64,000 bases of DNA from Candidatus Bathyarchaeota archaeon (lineage in GTDB: Archaea; Thermoproteota; Bathyarchaeia; 40CM-2-53-6). The DNA lies in contig CAVPLU010000003.1 of assembly GCA_963706285.1 (NCBI GenBank), positions 96,001 to 160,000 on the forward strand. The letters are read 5' to 3'. Positions within the stretch are counted from its first letter, which is position 1. The number at the start of each line of letters is the position of its first letter. Shown one piece after another: positions 50,296 to 61,174 of the stretch. The notes under the pieces were generated by a model. That model worked only from the letters and a program-made list of their open reading frames with translations, had not been told where the DNA came from and searched no databases. A program made the position numbers and the translations under genes.

Positions 50296-51929
50296 GAGTC
50301 TGAGGCGAGTTTTGCTGTTTCTTGACTCTGCCTCAGGTTCGCGTGGTGCAAAGATCGCTGTATACACCGTCGGCGTTCTGTTCTTTCTGATAATCGTGTT
50401 TGTGCCGCCTGTCTTTGGGATTCTGCTCGGCGGTTCGAGTATCTTTGAAATGTTGGCCAATCCGGATCTTGTGAGCCGAGGTGTCTCTGCAATTGTCGCA
50501 TCCTTCACAATTGCAGTCAGTGTTTCTCTGATGGATCTAGCAGCAGGGTTACCGATGGCATGGTTCATCGTGAGAAGCAAGTCTGGTTGGGTCAGCACAG
50601 TCGACACGCTGGCCAACATACCATTCATCGTTCCAACGGTGGCCCTCGGGTACTCTGTCCTGGCATTCTGGAGCGGTCCTCAAGGAATCAATAGCCTACT
50701 GGGCTCCCAGTTTGTCTTCTCGCCTGGTTGGCAGATGATTGTGCTACTGCATTTCGCTTTCTCATATCCAGTCATAGTTCGCGTGATGGTGGGTGCGCTC
50801 CAAGGATACAAGGATGTCTACGAGACTGCTGCCCGCACACTTGGGGCATCAACTTTCACAGCTGTGAGGACCGTTTCATTGCCGTTGTTGAAACCATCGT
50901 TGATTGCGGGATTTCTGTTGGCGTTCGCTCGCTCTCTCTCGGAAACTGGAGCGACTGTTATTGTGGCAGGCGCCTTCGAGAATGGACCAGTCTTCATCCG
51001 ACACGCCAGGGAAGCCGGTCAACAGAGTCCTTTACTGTTTGTCAGCTTGGTTCTCATTGTTGCGTCCAGTCTCTTCTTTGTTGCAATCAGAATTTTCGCG
51101 CCAAATATGCGTCTTCCAATGTCCGCCGTGCGCCCGAAGTTTGAAAGGCGACTGAGTTCGAAGCCTGCAGTGATGTCGAGAAATCTAGTCGTGTTCTTGG
51201 TCTTTCTTCTCTTCGTGATCATTCCATCCCTTTTCGTTGTGCTGCCTGGTGGCAGCGCCATCTTCGATGGGACTCTGCAAGAGGCAGTCTCTGGACAAGG
51301 TATTTGGTCGACCTATTGGCAATCCATTGGCCTATCATACGTAATCGCCTTGGTTGCAACGTGCCTCAACGTGGTGGCCGGCCTGCCCATGTCGGTTCTG
51401 ATCGCACGAAAGCAAGCTGGTAGAGTCGTCTCCGGGCATTCTGGATACGTTGGTGAACATTCCAATTGTTGTTCCATCGATAGCACTCGGAGTATCAATT
51501 GGTGTCTTCTGGGGGGGAGTCACCGGTGTCTCCGAGTTTTTGTTGCTCGTATTTGCTCACGCGAGCATCACCTACACCTACTTCGTCAGATCGATGATCG
51601 CGGCCGTTGAAACCATTCCGGTCGAAGTGGAAGACGTTGCACGCACCCTTGGAGCCAAGCCCTTCATGATATTTCGCAGACTGACTATCCCTCTGTCAAA
51701 ATACGCCTTGTTGGCTGGAGCGATAATGGCCTTCACGCGGAGCGTCGATGAAACAGGTGCTACGCTAGCGGTTGCGAAGAGATTGACCACCGCGCCTGTT
51801 CTCATGGTAGATTGGGTTCAAGGTAGAATTCCCGCCTCGCCGAACGCGATCGGACTCGGTCTAGGTATCTTGGTGCTGACTTCGTTTGCATCGCTACTCG
51901 TACTGACAATTGCGACTCGGAGGGCGTGA
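50296..51929 (+). CDS. ABC transporter permease, two TM domains (Fe3+/thiamine/oxyanion class; frameshift near 51440)
   Basis: Two EAA-like motifs (ETAARTLGA, EDVARTLGA) and two ETGAT motifs. Confidence 0.88.
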
Positions 51930-53050
51930 GTGTCGTGCCTTCTATCAGACTTCTGAAGGTGACCCGAGCATATGGCAGAACGAAGGCGATCGATCGATTC
52001 AGCCTGGAAATCACTGATGGAGAGTACGTTTGCATCCTAGGTCCAACGGGTGCCGGAAAGACAACGTTGCTTCGTCTTGTGGCAGGACTTGAAACGGTCA
52101 CAAGCGGGATGATTGAAATTGATGGAAAGGATGTGACGAATATCTCGCCCGAAGACAGAAACTCCTCATACGTCCCACAACAGTATGCGCTCTTTCCCCA
52201 CATGACGGTCAGGGACAATGTAGCTTTCGGACCTCTGGCCCGAGGATTGACTCCGAAGGAATCATTGGAAACAGCAGACGAGATGCTGAAGCTCGTGAGG
52301 CTCTCGCATAGGGCCACCGCGTTCCCTCACGAACTCAGCGGGGGCATGCAGCAAAGAGTTGCCTTAGCCCGCGGACTCGCGGGACACTCTGCACTGCTGC
52401 TCTTGGATGAGCCCTTGGGCGCAATCGATGCAAGGCTGAGAGTGATCCTCCGTTATGAACTTAGAAAACTGGCGAAAGGGCTCGGAGTCACAGTGCTTCA
52501 CGTCACCCATGACCAGCAAGAAGCAATGTCGATTGCCGATAGAATCGCGGTACTCAGAGAGGGTGCACTGCAACAGTTCGGGCGTCCTTCTGAGATCTAC
52601 GATGTGCCCGAATCTCCGTTCTTGGCCAACTTCGTAGGTGGTGCGAATTTCCTCGAAGGTGTTGTGGTGCAAGAAGAACGCGACGCTACCGTGATCGATG
52701 TTGCTGAAGGCTTCTCGATGACATCTTCACATGACGGCCATGGCAGGGGCGACCTCGTCGTCGCATCTTTCAGACAAGAAGGGACTCTCATCCTGACGAA
52801 TGCAGGTACCGAGGAGAACATTGTCCCAGGAAGACTCGTTTCGACTAGTTTTCTCGGGAGCTTCTTGAGGTGTGTCGTCAACTTGGGAATGATTGGAGAA
52901 GTAATAGCGAAGGTGCCGGTACTTGAAGCCTTGAAACTGGGCTTACCTGACCGAATAGGTGAGATAGTCTACGTGAGAGCGAACCGAGATCGAGTTATGA
53001 TTTTCGACAGACCAGAGCGACCATTGGCTGTCGAGTTGGAGACTTTCTAG
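51926..53050 (+). CDS. ABC transporter ATPase with TOBE domain
   Basis: GPTGAGKT, LSGGMQQR, DEP, VTHDQ. Confidence 0.93.
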   Translation: MSVVPSIRLLKVTRAYGRTKAIDRFSLEITDGEYVCILGPTGAGKTTLLRLVAGLETVTSGMIEIDGKDVTNISPEDRNSSYVPQQYALFPHMTVRDNVAFGPLARGLTPKESLETADEMLKLVRLSHRATAFPHELSGGMQQRVALARGLAGHSALLLLDEPLGAIDARLRVILRYELRKLAKGLGVTVLHVTHDQQEAMSIADRIAVLREGALQQFGRPSEIYDVPESPFLANFVGGANFLEGVVVQEERDATVIDVAEGFSMTSSHDGHGRGDLVVASFRQEGTLILTNAGTEENIVPGRLVSTSFLGSFLRCVVNLGMIGEVIAKVPVLEALKLGLPDRIGEIVYVRANRDRVMIFDRPERPLAVELETF

Positions 53051-54153
53051 ATGCCTGACATCAGGATTGTTGGTGTCGGAAAGAAATACAAAGATGTAGA
53101 TGCGTTGCGCGATGTTTCGCTTGAGATAAGAGACCAAGAATATGTCTCAATCATAGGCCCGAGCGGATGCGGAAAATCGACTCTTCTGAAATGCATTGCT
53201 GGGATTATCAGACAAGATTCTGGCCGCATATTCATCGCAGACACAGAGGTAAGCGATCTGCCTCCGGAGGAGAGGCGACTTGGATACATGTTCCAAGAGA
53301 TCGCTCTCTTTCCGAACATGTCCAGCTGGGATAACGTAGGGTACGGACCCCGGGTTAGAGGCAAGGATAGAGAGGTCGCACGACAGTTTGTGAGTCAAGT
53401 AATGGAAATGGCTAGGCTGAAGATTGGTTCTGACACATATCCTGATGAACTCAGCGGAGGAGCCAAACAGAAGACCGCTCTCGCTAGAGCCATCGCCGCC
53501 GAACCACAGCTCCTACTACTCGACGAACCCCTAGGTGCACTAGATGCCCATGTCCGGGGAGTTCTCAGATATGAACTCAGAAGGCTGGTCAAGGAGCTTG
53601 GGCTGACCGCCGTACACGTAACGCACGACCAAGAGGAAGCCATGGCGATCTCGGACCGTCTTGTCATAATGAAGGCTGGCCAAGTCGTCGAAGTTGGCAC
53701 GCCTCTAGAATTGTATCTTTCTCCAAAGCGACTGTTCACCGCGAACTTCCTCGGAGAGGCCAACTTCCTGCAAGGCAGTGTCGAGGATTGCGGACTGGAA
53801 CATGTTACCGTGTCGGTCAACGGGTGGAAGACAAGTTCGCTCGGATCAGGTTTCACCAAAGGACAGCTCGTGGTACTTGCGATACGGCCCGAGTCCGTAA
53901 TTCTTACTCCCAAGCCCGAAGTCCGACCGAGCAGTGGACAGGAATGGTGAGAAACCGAACAATTCTGGGCGACTACATACGCACTGAAGTGGAGCTAGAC
54001 AATGGCCTGCACGTGATCGCTAGCACGGTAAACATGGGAGCTCAAGCCCCTGTAAGCATCGGAGAACGAGTGCAGCTCGATTTCACCAAAGATGGCCTAA
54101 GAACTTATCAGATCCCTGCCCACGGTCTGGATGCAGAACTCGCGCTCGAATGA
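53051..54153 (+). CDS. Second ABC transporter ATPase (frameshift near 53930)
   Basis: [23 protein letters not shown]. The TOBE tail is in ORF 53788-54153. Confidence 0.92.
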
Positions 54154-54174
54154 ATCGTCACGAGGCCACGAGAG

Positions 54175-54852
54175 ATGAAAACAACTTTCGAAAGCTGGTT
54201 CGCCACGAGAACCAAGGGACGTGCCATAGAAATGATCAGACAGGCAAGCAGGATGCTGACGCCCTGCGTAGAGGAGCTAATGGCATGCTTGAACAGTGCA
54301 GCGGCTGGAAGAAGGGACGATCTGGAGAGCGCGTTCGCCAGACTGCATCAGCTTGAACGCGAGGGAGACAGCCTACGTAGGCTGATCATCACCGACCTTG
54401 CGCGAGGCAGCCTCCCTGTCGATGAGAGGCGGAGCTTCATGCGCCTCGCGAGGCAGATAGACTATGTTGCAGACTTGTGTCTCGAAGCCGGTCGAATTGT
54501 CAGGCAGTCCCCGCTGAACAAACTCTCAGATGAGCTCCGGCAGACTGCGTTGGATATGTGCAAGGTCATCAAGGAATGTGTTGTGAATGTACAGCAGTGC
54601 ATTGATCTCTTGACGGACAAGAAGGTGCAAGAAGCACTCGACGCAGCAGATAAGGTGGAGCGGCTCGAAGAGGATGTCGACGATCTTTACCGCAAGGGCA
54701 GAGGTCTCTTGAGCGAGATCTCCGGTCCAGAGCTTACAGTCGGGCAGATCATTCTCTTGGCAGACTTCATGGCGGCGATTGAGAACGTTGCAGACAGATG
54801 CGAGGACGTGTGCGACCAAGCGAGAGTAATCGCAGTCAGCGTCGGAACCTGA
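54175..54852 (+). CDS. DUF47 / PhoU-like phosphate transport regulator
   Basis: LEREGD...ID..AD and LEEDVD...ENVADRCED repeats. Confidence 0.88.
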   Translation: MKTTFESWFATRTKGRAIEMIRQASRMLTPCVEELMACLNSAAAGRRDDLESAFARLHQLEREGDSLRRLIITDLARGSLPVDERRSFMRLARQIDYVADLCLEAGRIVRQSPLNKLSDELRQTALDMCKVIKECVVNVQQCIDLLTDKKVQEALDAADKVERLEEDVDDLYRKGRGLLSEISGPELTVGQIILLADFMAAIENVADRCEDVCDQARVIAVSVGT

Positions 54853-55001
54853 CTGGCTGATAGTCTGATTCAGCTGTCCTGATTGCTCGGCACGCTATTT
54901 ACTTTCTAGACTATTGTCTAGACTGGCACCGTCACGTACGGAAACCATGAACTTATTACCTTCGAGCAATGTACGCGATCAACTTTCACTGGTGAAAGGC
55001 C

Positions 55002-55202
55002 ATGGTAAAAGTTGCAGTCGACGTAAGCAAATGTAATGGCGACTCTATCTGTGCGGACGTGTGCCCAGTCGCCGTGTTCGAGCTACAAGAAGTCAAAGGC
55101 TACGAAGGTAAGAAATCCGTAGTCGTCAACAACGACGCATGCATCGTCTGCCGAGCATGCGAGGTTCAATGCCCCACACAGGCAATAACCGTCACAGAAT
55201 AG
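55002..55202 (+). CDS. Dicluster-type ferredoxin
   Basis: CNGDSICADVCP and CIVCRACEVQCP, with a GGTGA Shine-Dalgarno. Confidence 0.93.
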   Translation: MVKVAVDVSKCNGDSICADVCPVAVFELQEVKGYEGKKSVVVNNDACIVCRACEVQCPTQAITVTE

Positions 55203-55352
55203 CACACGAACTGCTCGTGAGCTCGGAACGGCGCATCAGCCCAATCCGTGAGCTCACACGAGGCAGATGCTCCAACCTCTCACTTTTCTTCATTCGTCGC
55301 TGTGGTTATGAGTCAGCCCGCAATAGGGCGGAATGAAGCGAGAGGCTAGCTA

Positions 55353-55670
55353 GTGAGAGAGTACAAGCCAGGAACTTTTGACAAATACGTTGCATATGGG
55401 CAAAGACAGCGAAAACTCCTATTGATCTCCAGAGGCATAATGGATGGATTCAAAGTCCGTTGTCAATCTGTGAAAGAAGCGGAGAATCTTGCACATGCAT
55501 TCAGATCGAGGTCCCGCAGAATAGAAGAAAGTGAAGTGGCCAAGTACACTCTGAGAATCAGAGTAGAAGACAGGACGGTCTACGTGTACTCGCAAGGGCC
55601 CCTTGCGTTGATAACGTGCTGTGCGACGATTTTGATCGCTCTGCAAGATCGCGCTTCTCGTCGTGACTGA
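55353..55670 (+). CDS. Hypothetical protein
   Basis: ORF with natural composition. The 3' end overlaps the convergent GIY-YIG gene. Confidence 0.45.
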   Translation: MREYKPGTFDKYVAYGQRQRKLLLISRGIMDGFKVRCQSVKEAENLAHAFRSRSRRIEESEVAKYTLRIRVEDRTVYVYSQGPLALITCCATILIALQDRASRRD

Positions 55671-55890
55671 GCGACTTTATCTGTCGTTCCCTCCTCATGG
55701 CCGCGCGACGTGTCGCGAATCTCTGCTACGTACACGATTTTTCTTGGTCGACGCATCTTCGTGTACCGTGCTCCGCGTCCCTTCTTGTGTCGCTGAAACC
55801 TTGACGGCAGATCGCTCGTGTATCCAGTATAGTAGCTTCCGTCATCGCAAAGCAGCATGTAGACAAAGTAGGATGAGGTTCCTCTCTTTC
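55558..55890 (-). CDS. GIY-YIG nuclease, UPF0213/YazA-like (frameshift near 55725)
   Basis: YFVYMLLCDDGSYYTGYTSD...RH..GRGARYT..RRP, then the shifted frame AAMRRERQIKSL. Start is uncertain. Confidence 0.85.
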
Positions 55891-56071
55891 TGATCGTGAA
55901 TTTCCTGCAGTTTTTCCTCTTCCAGTCATGAGTTTCGCTCTAGCATCTTGTGCGGTTGAACAGGCAGACATCTACATTGAGCTTGTTGCTATCATGGTGT
56001 CAAGTGCTCATTCATGACTGCCAGGCTTATGGAGCGCAGGGCTTTATTCTCGTCGCAACTTTCTGCATGAC

Positions 56072-57231
56072 ATGAAGCCCCAACCAGGACGCACGGAGAG
56101 AATACAAGAAGCGCCCATTGTAAAGCTAATTGCGGACTCGAACGTCCCGAGTGATGTCGTAGATCTGGGACAAGGCGTTCCATTCTATGGGCCTCCCGGA
56201 GAGGCAATTCGCGCCGCGGCAGGTGCACTCGACAAAGAATCAGGCTTCAAGTACTCTCCGGATGCAGGCATGACAAGTCTCAGAGAAACGATAGCTGAGA
56301 AACTCGCTTCCGAGAACAGAGTAGACGCTGATTCGGACAACAACATCATGGTGACCGCCGGTGCGAATCAGGCGTTTGTGAATGCAGTCCTTTGCATTAC
56401 GAAGCCTGGAGATCATGTTTTGGTGCTTTCACCCTACTACTTCAATCATGTCATGGCTGTGGAGCTGGCAGGCTGCAAACCCATGGTCGTCGATACTGAC
56501 AGCAACTTTCAGCCGATCATTGAACGCATAGATAGGAGCATAACAAAGCGTGTCAGGGCCATAGTGCTTGTTTCACCGAACAATCCCACTGGAGCAGTGT
56601 ACTCCAAGAACGCGCTTAGGGAAATAGGCGCACTCTGTGCCGAGAATGGCCTCTACCTAATAGCTGATGAGACCTACGAGCATTTCGTGTACGATGATGC
56701 GAAACATGTCAGTGCACTTCGAGCTTGACAAAAGTATTGAGCACACGATCTCGCTCTTTTCTTTCTCAAAATCATACGGCATGTCAGGCTACAGAATCGG
56801 CTATGCAGTGTTTCCAAAACACATCTACAATGAAATGCTGAAGGTTCAAGACACGATTGCGATATGCGCACCCAGCCCGCTACAGATTGCCGCAGAGGCC
56901 GCGATGAAACTGGGTGCGGCCTATCCAAGACAGTTCATTCCTCGCATAGAGAAGGCAAGAAAGATATTCATAGAGAGACTTGCGGATTTCGACTTGGTTG
57001 AGATGCCCGTCACGAAGGGAAGTTACTATCTTCTGCTTAGACTGAAGACCGAAGAAGAGTGACTGGGATGTCGCGAAGAGGCTCATCGAGGAACATGGAG
57101 TCATAACGATTCCAGGACAAGTCTTTGGCACAGAATATCCAGCGCTCAGAGTAGCGTACGCTAATGTAGACGAGAGTCTCGCGAAGAAAGGGGCTTCGCG
57201 GCTCACGAGAGGACTCAAGGATATTCTGTAG
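56072..57231 (+). CDS. PLP-dependent class I/II aminotransferase (two frameshifts)
   Basis: GQGVP, TAGANQA, PNNPTG, DETY, SFSKSYGMSGYRIG. Confidence 0.92.
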
Positions 57232-57354
57232 CCTAGAACCAAAATGTAACCAGCGTCGAAACACCGGACTTATACTCAAAATGCGACACATGTGATCACA
57301 GGCCTAAGCCGGTGCCAACGGCCAAATGAAAGGCAACGAGAAATATGGTGAAGA

Positions 57355-59046
57355 GTGACGTTGAGATCCAGACTCACACTGGTGGTGGTTCTTGGTGCCG
57401 TCTATTTGGCGTTGGCTCTTGTTGCAACTTTCCCTCTTATCTTGAAGTTCACCGAAGCCGTTCCTGGTGGCGGAGATGTGTGGCAGTTCATCAACCAGTT
57501 TTGGTGGTTCAAGAAGGCGCTCATCGAGCAAAAGGTCAATCCATACTTTGACCCATACATGTTCTACCCCACAGGTGTGAGTCTTGCTTCAACAACACTC
57601 ACTCCTTTCAACACCTTGCTCTCCGTGCCGCTTCAGTTCATCTTCAACTTGCCCACCACATACAACATTCTCTTTCTGTTAACATTCGTCATGACGGGAT
57701 ATGGCACGTTTGCGCTCGCACGGTATCTGATGGAAGACAGATGGGCAGCTTTCGGTTCGAGCATCATCTTCACTTTCTGCTCCTACAGGCTGATGAGGGG
57801 ACTCGGCCATCTGAACCTGTTGACCACGCAATTCATTCCTCTGTACATACTTTTCCTCATTAGGACCCTGAGGACTCGGAAAACGAGTGATGCACTTCTA
57901 GCCGGTCTTTTCTTGGCGCTAGTGGGACTATCCTCGGAGATCTACCTTGTACAAGTCGCTGTTCTAAGTCTGATACTCTCTCCGATAGTCCTATGGTGGA
58001 CCAAGGAACGATCCTTGAAAGGCTTGGTTAGACCACTGCTTCTGGGCTTGGGAGTCTTTCTAGTCATAGCTCTTCCATTCTATTATTCGACTGCGTCGCT
58101 TGTTTACTTTGGAGACGCAAACCTTGGGCTTCCTCTGTCATATGTCACCATGAACTCAGTTGACCTGCTTGCCTATTTCACCCCCAATCTAGGCACCGTT
58201 CTCTACGACTTGTTATTCTCGGGCGTGTATTCTCATTTCACCGCAAGCCCTCTTGAGGCCACGGTCTTCATCGGTTACACCACTATTGCTCTGGCGACAT
58301 TCGCGAGCATCCGCCAGAGATCCAAAGAGACGCATCTCTGGGCGGCCATGGCTGTGGTTTTCGCAGGCTTGTCTCTCGGACCCGAATTGCATCTCTACGG
58401 GGTATCCATATTTGATCTCCCTTACAAGATCGCGATTTTTCCACTTGCGTCATTTTACATCCCTAGCAGATTCTCGTTGACTTGTCTGCTTTCGTTTTCT
58501 ATGTTGGCGGGTTACGGCTTCCGGCGCCTCATGGCAGACAGACGGATAAGGTCTAGAAATCTCATCGGCATCGCACTTTGTGTTCTGATCCTGGTTGAAA
58601 GCCTGATTATACCATACCCAGTCACAGCCGCAACTGCGCCCAGCATATACTATCAGATGCGGGCTGATCGAGAGCCTTATGCGATAATGGAAGTGCCCCT
58701 ATCGCCGTTTCCAGTGCATATAGCCCGCTATCTGTACTATCAAACCATACATGAGAAACCCATCGTCGGCGGTTGGGTTTCCCGACTTCCGCAATCTACT
58801 CTACGCTCATTTGAGCAGAACCCGCTCGTTGCGGCGCTAGTGGCAATACATTCTGGCAGACAAGTCAATGCCAGTGATGTCGCGCGTGGTTTGCAGATGC
58901 TGAGGGAGAACAACGTAAGATACATTATCGTTCATAGAGCCCTGCTTTTGCCGAACGAGTTGCAGCAAATAGAAGATATTTTTAGTCAATTACCTAAGCA
59001 AATAGCAGACGACGCGAATGACCCCTTGATAATCTATAGCCTCTGA
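57355..59046 (+). CDS. Multi-pass membrane protein, GT-C glycosyltransferase-like (YfhO-like)
   Basis: GD..Q..W, FYP.G, about 12 TM helices, PSRF, YYQTIHEKPIVGG, VRYIIVH. Confidence 0.75.
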   Translation: MTLRSRLTLVVVLGAVYLALALVATFPLILKFTEAVPGGGDVWQFINQFWWFKKALIEQKVNPYFDPYMFYPTGVSLASTTLTPFNTLLSVPLQFIFNLPTTYNILFLLTFVMTGYGTFALARYLMEDRWAAFGSSIIFTFCSYRLMRGLGHLNLLTTQFIPLYILFLIRTLRTRKTSDALLAGLFLALVGLSSEIYLVQVAVLSLILSPIVLWWTKERSLKGLVRPLLLGLGVFLVIALPFYYSTASLVYFGDANLGLPLSYVTMNSVDLLAYFTPNLGTVLYDLLFSGVYSHFTASPLEATVFIGYTTIALATFASIRQRSKETHLWAAMAVVFAGLSLGPELHLYGVSIFDLPYKIAIFPLASFYIPSRFSLTCLLSFSMLAGYGFRRLMADRRIRSRNLIGIALCVLILVESLIIPYPVTAATAPSIYYQMRADREPYAIMEVPLSPFPVHIARYLYYQTIHEKPIVGGWVSRLPQSTLRSFEQNPLVAALVAIHSGRQVNASDVARGLQMLRENNVRYIIVHRALLLPNELQQIEDIFSQLPKQIADDANDPLIIYSL

Positions 59047-59194
59047 CTCCACTACATGTCCCCAATCCGTGCTCATTTCGATTTGCTGCAGACGCGTGAC
59101 GAATTCCCCATCGGTCGCCTTATTGTACATGAGCTCAAACAATCCTGTTACACGTCAATCATGAGAGAGGAACCAAGCCAGCGAAAATTCTCAT

Positions 59195-59344
59195 TGGTGC
59201 GGCCGCCGGGATTCGGACCCGGGTCGTTGGCTCTCTTCCCGTCAGTGGATGGAAGGCCAATGGACGCTTAGCTATGTCCTAGACCAGGTTATCCGCATGT
59301 TGCTCGTCAGATTTGGACGAGTGCATGCCCTAGACTACGGCCGC
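59195..59344 (-). tRNA. tRNA-Gly(TCC) with three introns and encoded CCA
   Basis: Removing 59289-59329, 59260-59273 and 59233-59249 gives a 78-nt cloverleaf GCGGCCG...TTGGC-CT-TCC-AA-GCCAA...CGGCCGC-A-CCA. Each junction forms a BHB-like motif. Confidence 0.93.
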
Positions 59345-59551
59345 GGCCGCAGACTCAGACCCCCGGTCGAGGTAATTATGCCTTCGCTCGATGTGGACGG
59401 GATTGTGCACCATCAATCAGCGATGCATTTGGGTGCATTACGGAAGGCTGATTTCCAAATTTCGATAACATGTTTCAAAAGAGCGACCAGAAGGAGCCCG
59501 CTGTGGTCCTACTACGGGAAGAGTGAAAAGCTGTCACCACACTAGTTCCGG

Positions 59552-60073
59552 TTGAGACACTTGTCAGCTGAGAACAGATTGCGTTTCCGAATTCGACGAG
59601 GAAGCTTTGAAGTTGAGCTCGAAGGCGAGTCAGAGTACGTGAAGGAAAAGTTTGAGGAACTGATGGCTCAGCAACCACCCTACTCTGGTCCTGTTCAAGA
59701 AGAATCTCGATCAGAATCCGTGACAGTAGAGACCGTGGGTGGCGAAGATCTGGAAGGGATCCTTGAGACAGGACCAGACGGGAGGCCACACTTTACAATT
59801 CCCTTCGATTCTCTGACAGCCAAAGAGGCCATTGGGTTGGTTCTCTACAAGGCTCAGCCAACGCCGCTTGGTGATAAGGAGCTGAGCGATCTACTCAACG
59901 CTAGCTGGAAGACGACGAAACCTCATGTTATCAGGGCAAGGGCAAGCGAGCTGCGCAAGGATGGAAAACTCATCACTGAGAAAGGGCGATACTCGCTGTC
60001 AGGTGCCGGATTGCAGTGGGTTAGAGCGGAGGTTATCCCCTCATTAAGAGGGGTTCGATCCATCCAATCTTGA
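59552..60073 (+). CDS. Winged-helix protein with N-terminal beta-beta-alpha module
   Basis: FEVELEG..EYV N-terminal module and C-terminal RARASELRKDGKL...GRYSLS wHTH. Confidence 0.75.
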   Translation: MRHLSAENRLRFRIRRGSFEVELEGESEYVKEKFEELMAQQPPYSGPVQEESRSESVTVETVGGEDLEGILETGPDGRPHFTIPFDSLTAKEAIGLVLYKAQPTPLGDKELSDLLNASWKTTKPHVIRARASELRKDGKLITEKGRYSLSGAGLQWVRAEVIPSLRGVRSIQS

Positions 60074-60358
60074 ACGCGCTGTTGCCACGTCACCCATCAA
60101 TCGATCAGCTGAAAGTCCCTTCAGCCACGCTAGTCTTCTCGCACCTCTGTCGGAAAGCTTGTAGACGTACTCGCCCCTACGCCATTCTCTATGAAGCAGG
60201 CCATATCGATGGTAACGTAGAAGTGCCATTCTGACTGCACGGGAGGACCCTGAGAGCCCCGATTCAGATCGTGCTCGCTCTATGATTCGGTTGGAATCGC
60301 ACCATTCTTCGGTTGTGAGCAGATCCAGAATCACGGTCTTTAGTTCGTTGTACCTCAA
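60044..60358 (-). CDS. Small winged-helix protein
   Basis: RMALLRYHRYGLLHRE...YVYKLSDRG..RL wing motif. Confidence 0.75.
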   Translation of the reverse strand: MRYNELKTVILDLLTTEEWCDSNRIIERARSESGLSGSSRAVRMALLRYHRYGLLHREWRRGEYVYKLSDRGARRLAWLKGLSADRLMGDVATARSRLDGSNPS

Positions 60359-60670
60359 GGCTTCTCCAGACTCCCCCTACACGAGGTTAGCAATATGAGG
60401 ATTGCGTCTGTAGATCGCATTTGATCTCTCATGAGACCGAGTGAAAGTGAATTGATGTAGAGTAACATCTAGCGGAAACATCTAATCACATGTACTCGTA
60501 TTTTCGCGCGATCATTGATGATCAATACATTCACAATAATGCAAGGCGTTACTCAGCACGATTATGTGCACGCGCAAGAGCTTTTAGAGTGCAAGATCAT
60601 TACAGATGTGAATGTAATCAGCAGCGGTGAACCGCAACAATAGCACCGCAACATCGAGGAGGAGCATGGA

Positions 60671-61168
60671 ATGAGTGACCAAACACAAGTCGAAGTAGCA
60701 ATCAAGTACCGTGATGTTGAGAAGACAATCAAGGGCAATCCTGAAGAGGTCTTCAGAGGCGTCTTTCAATTCCTCTCCCAAACGATTCCTGCACTAGAGA
60801 TCGTTTCAAGGATCACTCTCACCGTTGATTTCGCCGATTTCCTGAAAGAAGCTGCAGGTGTCTTTGCGATCACGCCAGAAGGCGTTGTCGTCCTCACACC
60901 ATTGGAAGCTTTGACAGATCGCGAACTCGTTCTACTCTACTTGGTCAGAGGAAAGATTGCGCACGAAACTGGGAAATCGGAAAAGGAGACTCTCCTCGCA
61001 TCGGATCTCATCTCGTTCACCGGCAAGGGATCCGGAACGGTGGCTGGAAGGCTTAGCGAGCTTTCGGGCGAGGGGGTAGTAGAAAGAACCGGGAAGGGTG
61101 AGTACCGGGTGACTACCTTCGGGCTGCATCGCTTCCGAAACGACGTGCTTCCGAAACTGAAGAGTTGA
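60671..61168 (+). CDS. Winged-helix protein (paralog of 59552)
   Basis: VEVAIK...KG.PEEV N-terminal module and GRLSEL..EGVVER..KGEYRVT, with a GGAGG Shine-Dalgarno. Confidence 0.82.
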   Translation: MSDQTQVEVAIKYRDVEKTIKGNPEEVFRGVFQFLSQTIPALEIVSRITLTVDFADFLKEAAGVFAITPEGVVVLTPLEALTDRELVLLYLVRGKIAHETGKSEKETLLASDLISFTGKGSGTVAGRLSELSGEGVVERTGKGEYRVTTFGLHRFRNDVLPKLKS

Positions 61169-61174
61169 TCACGA

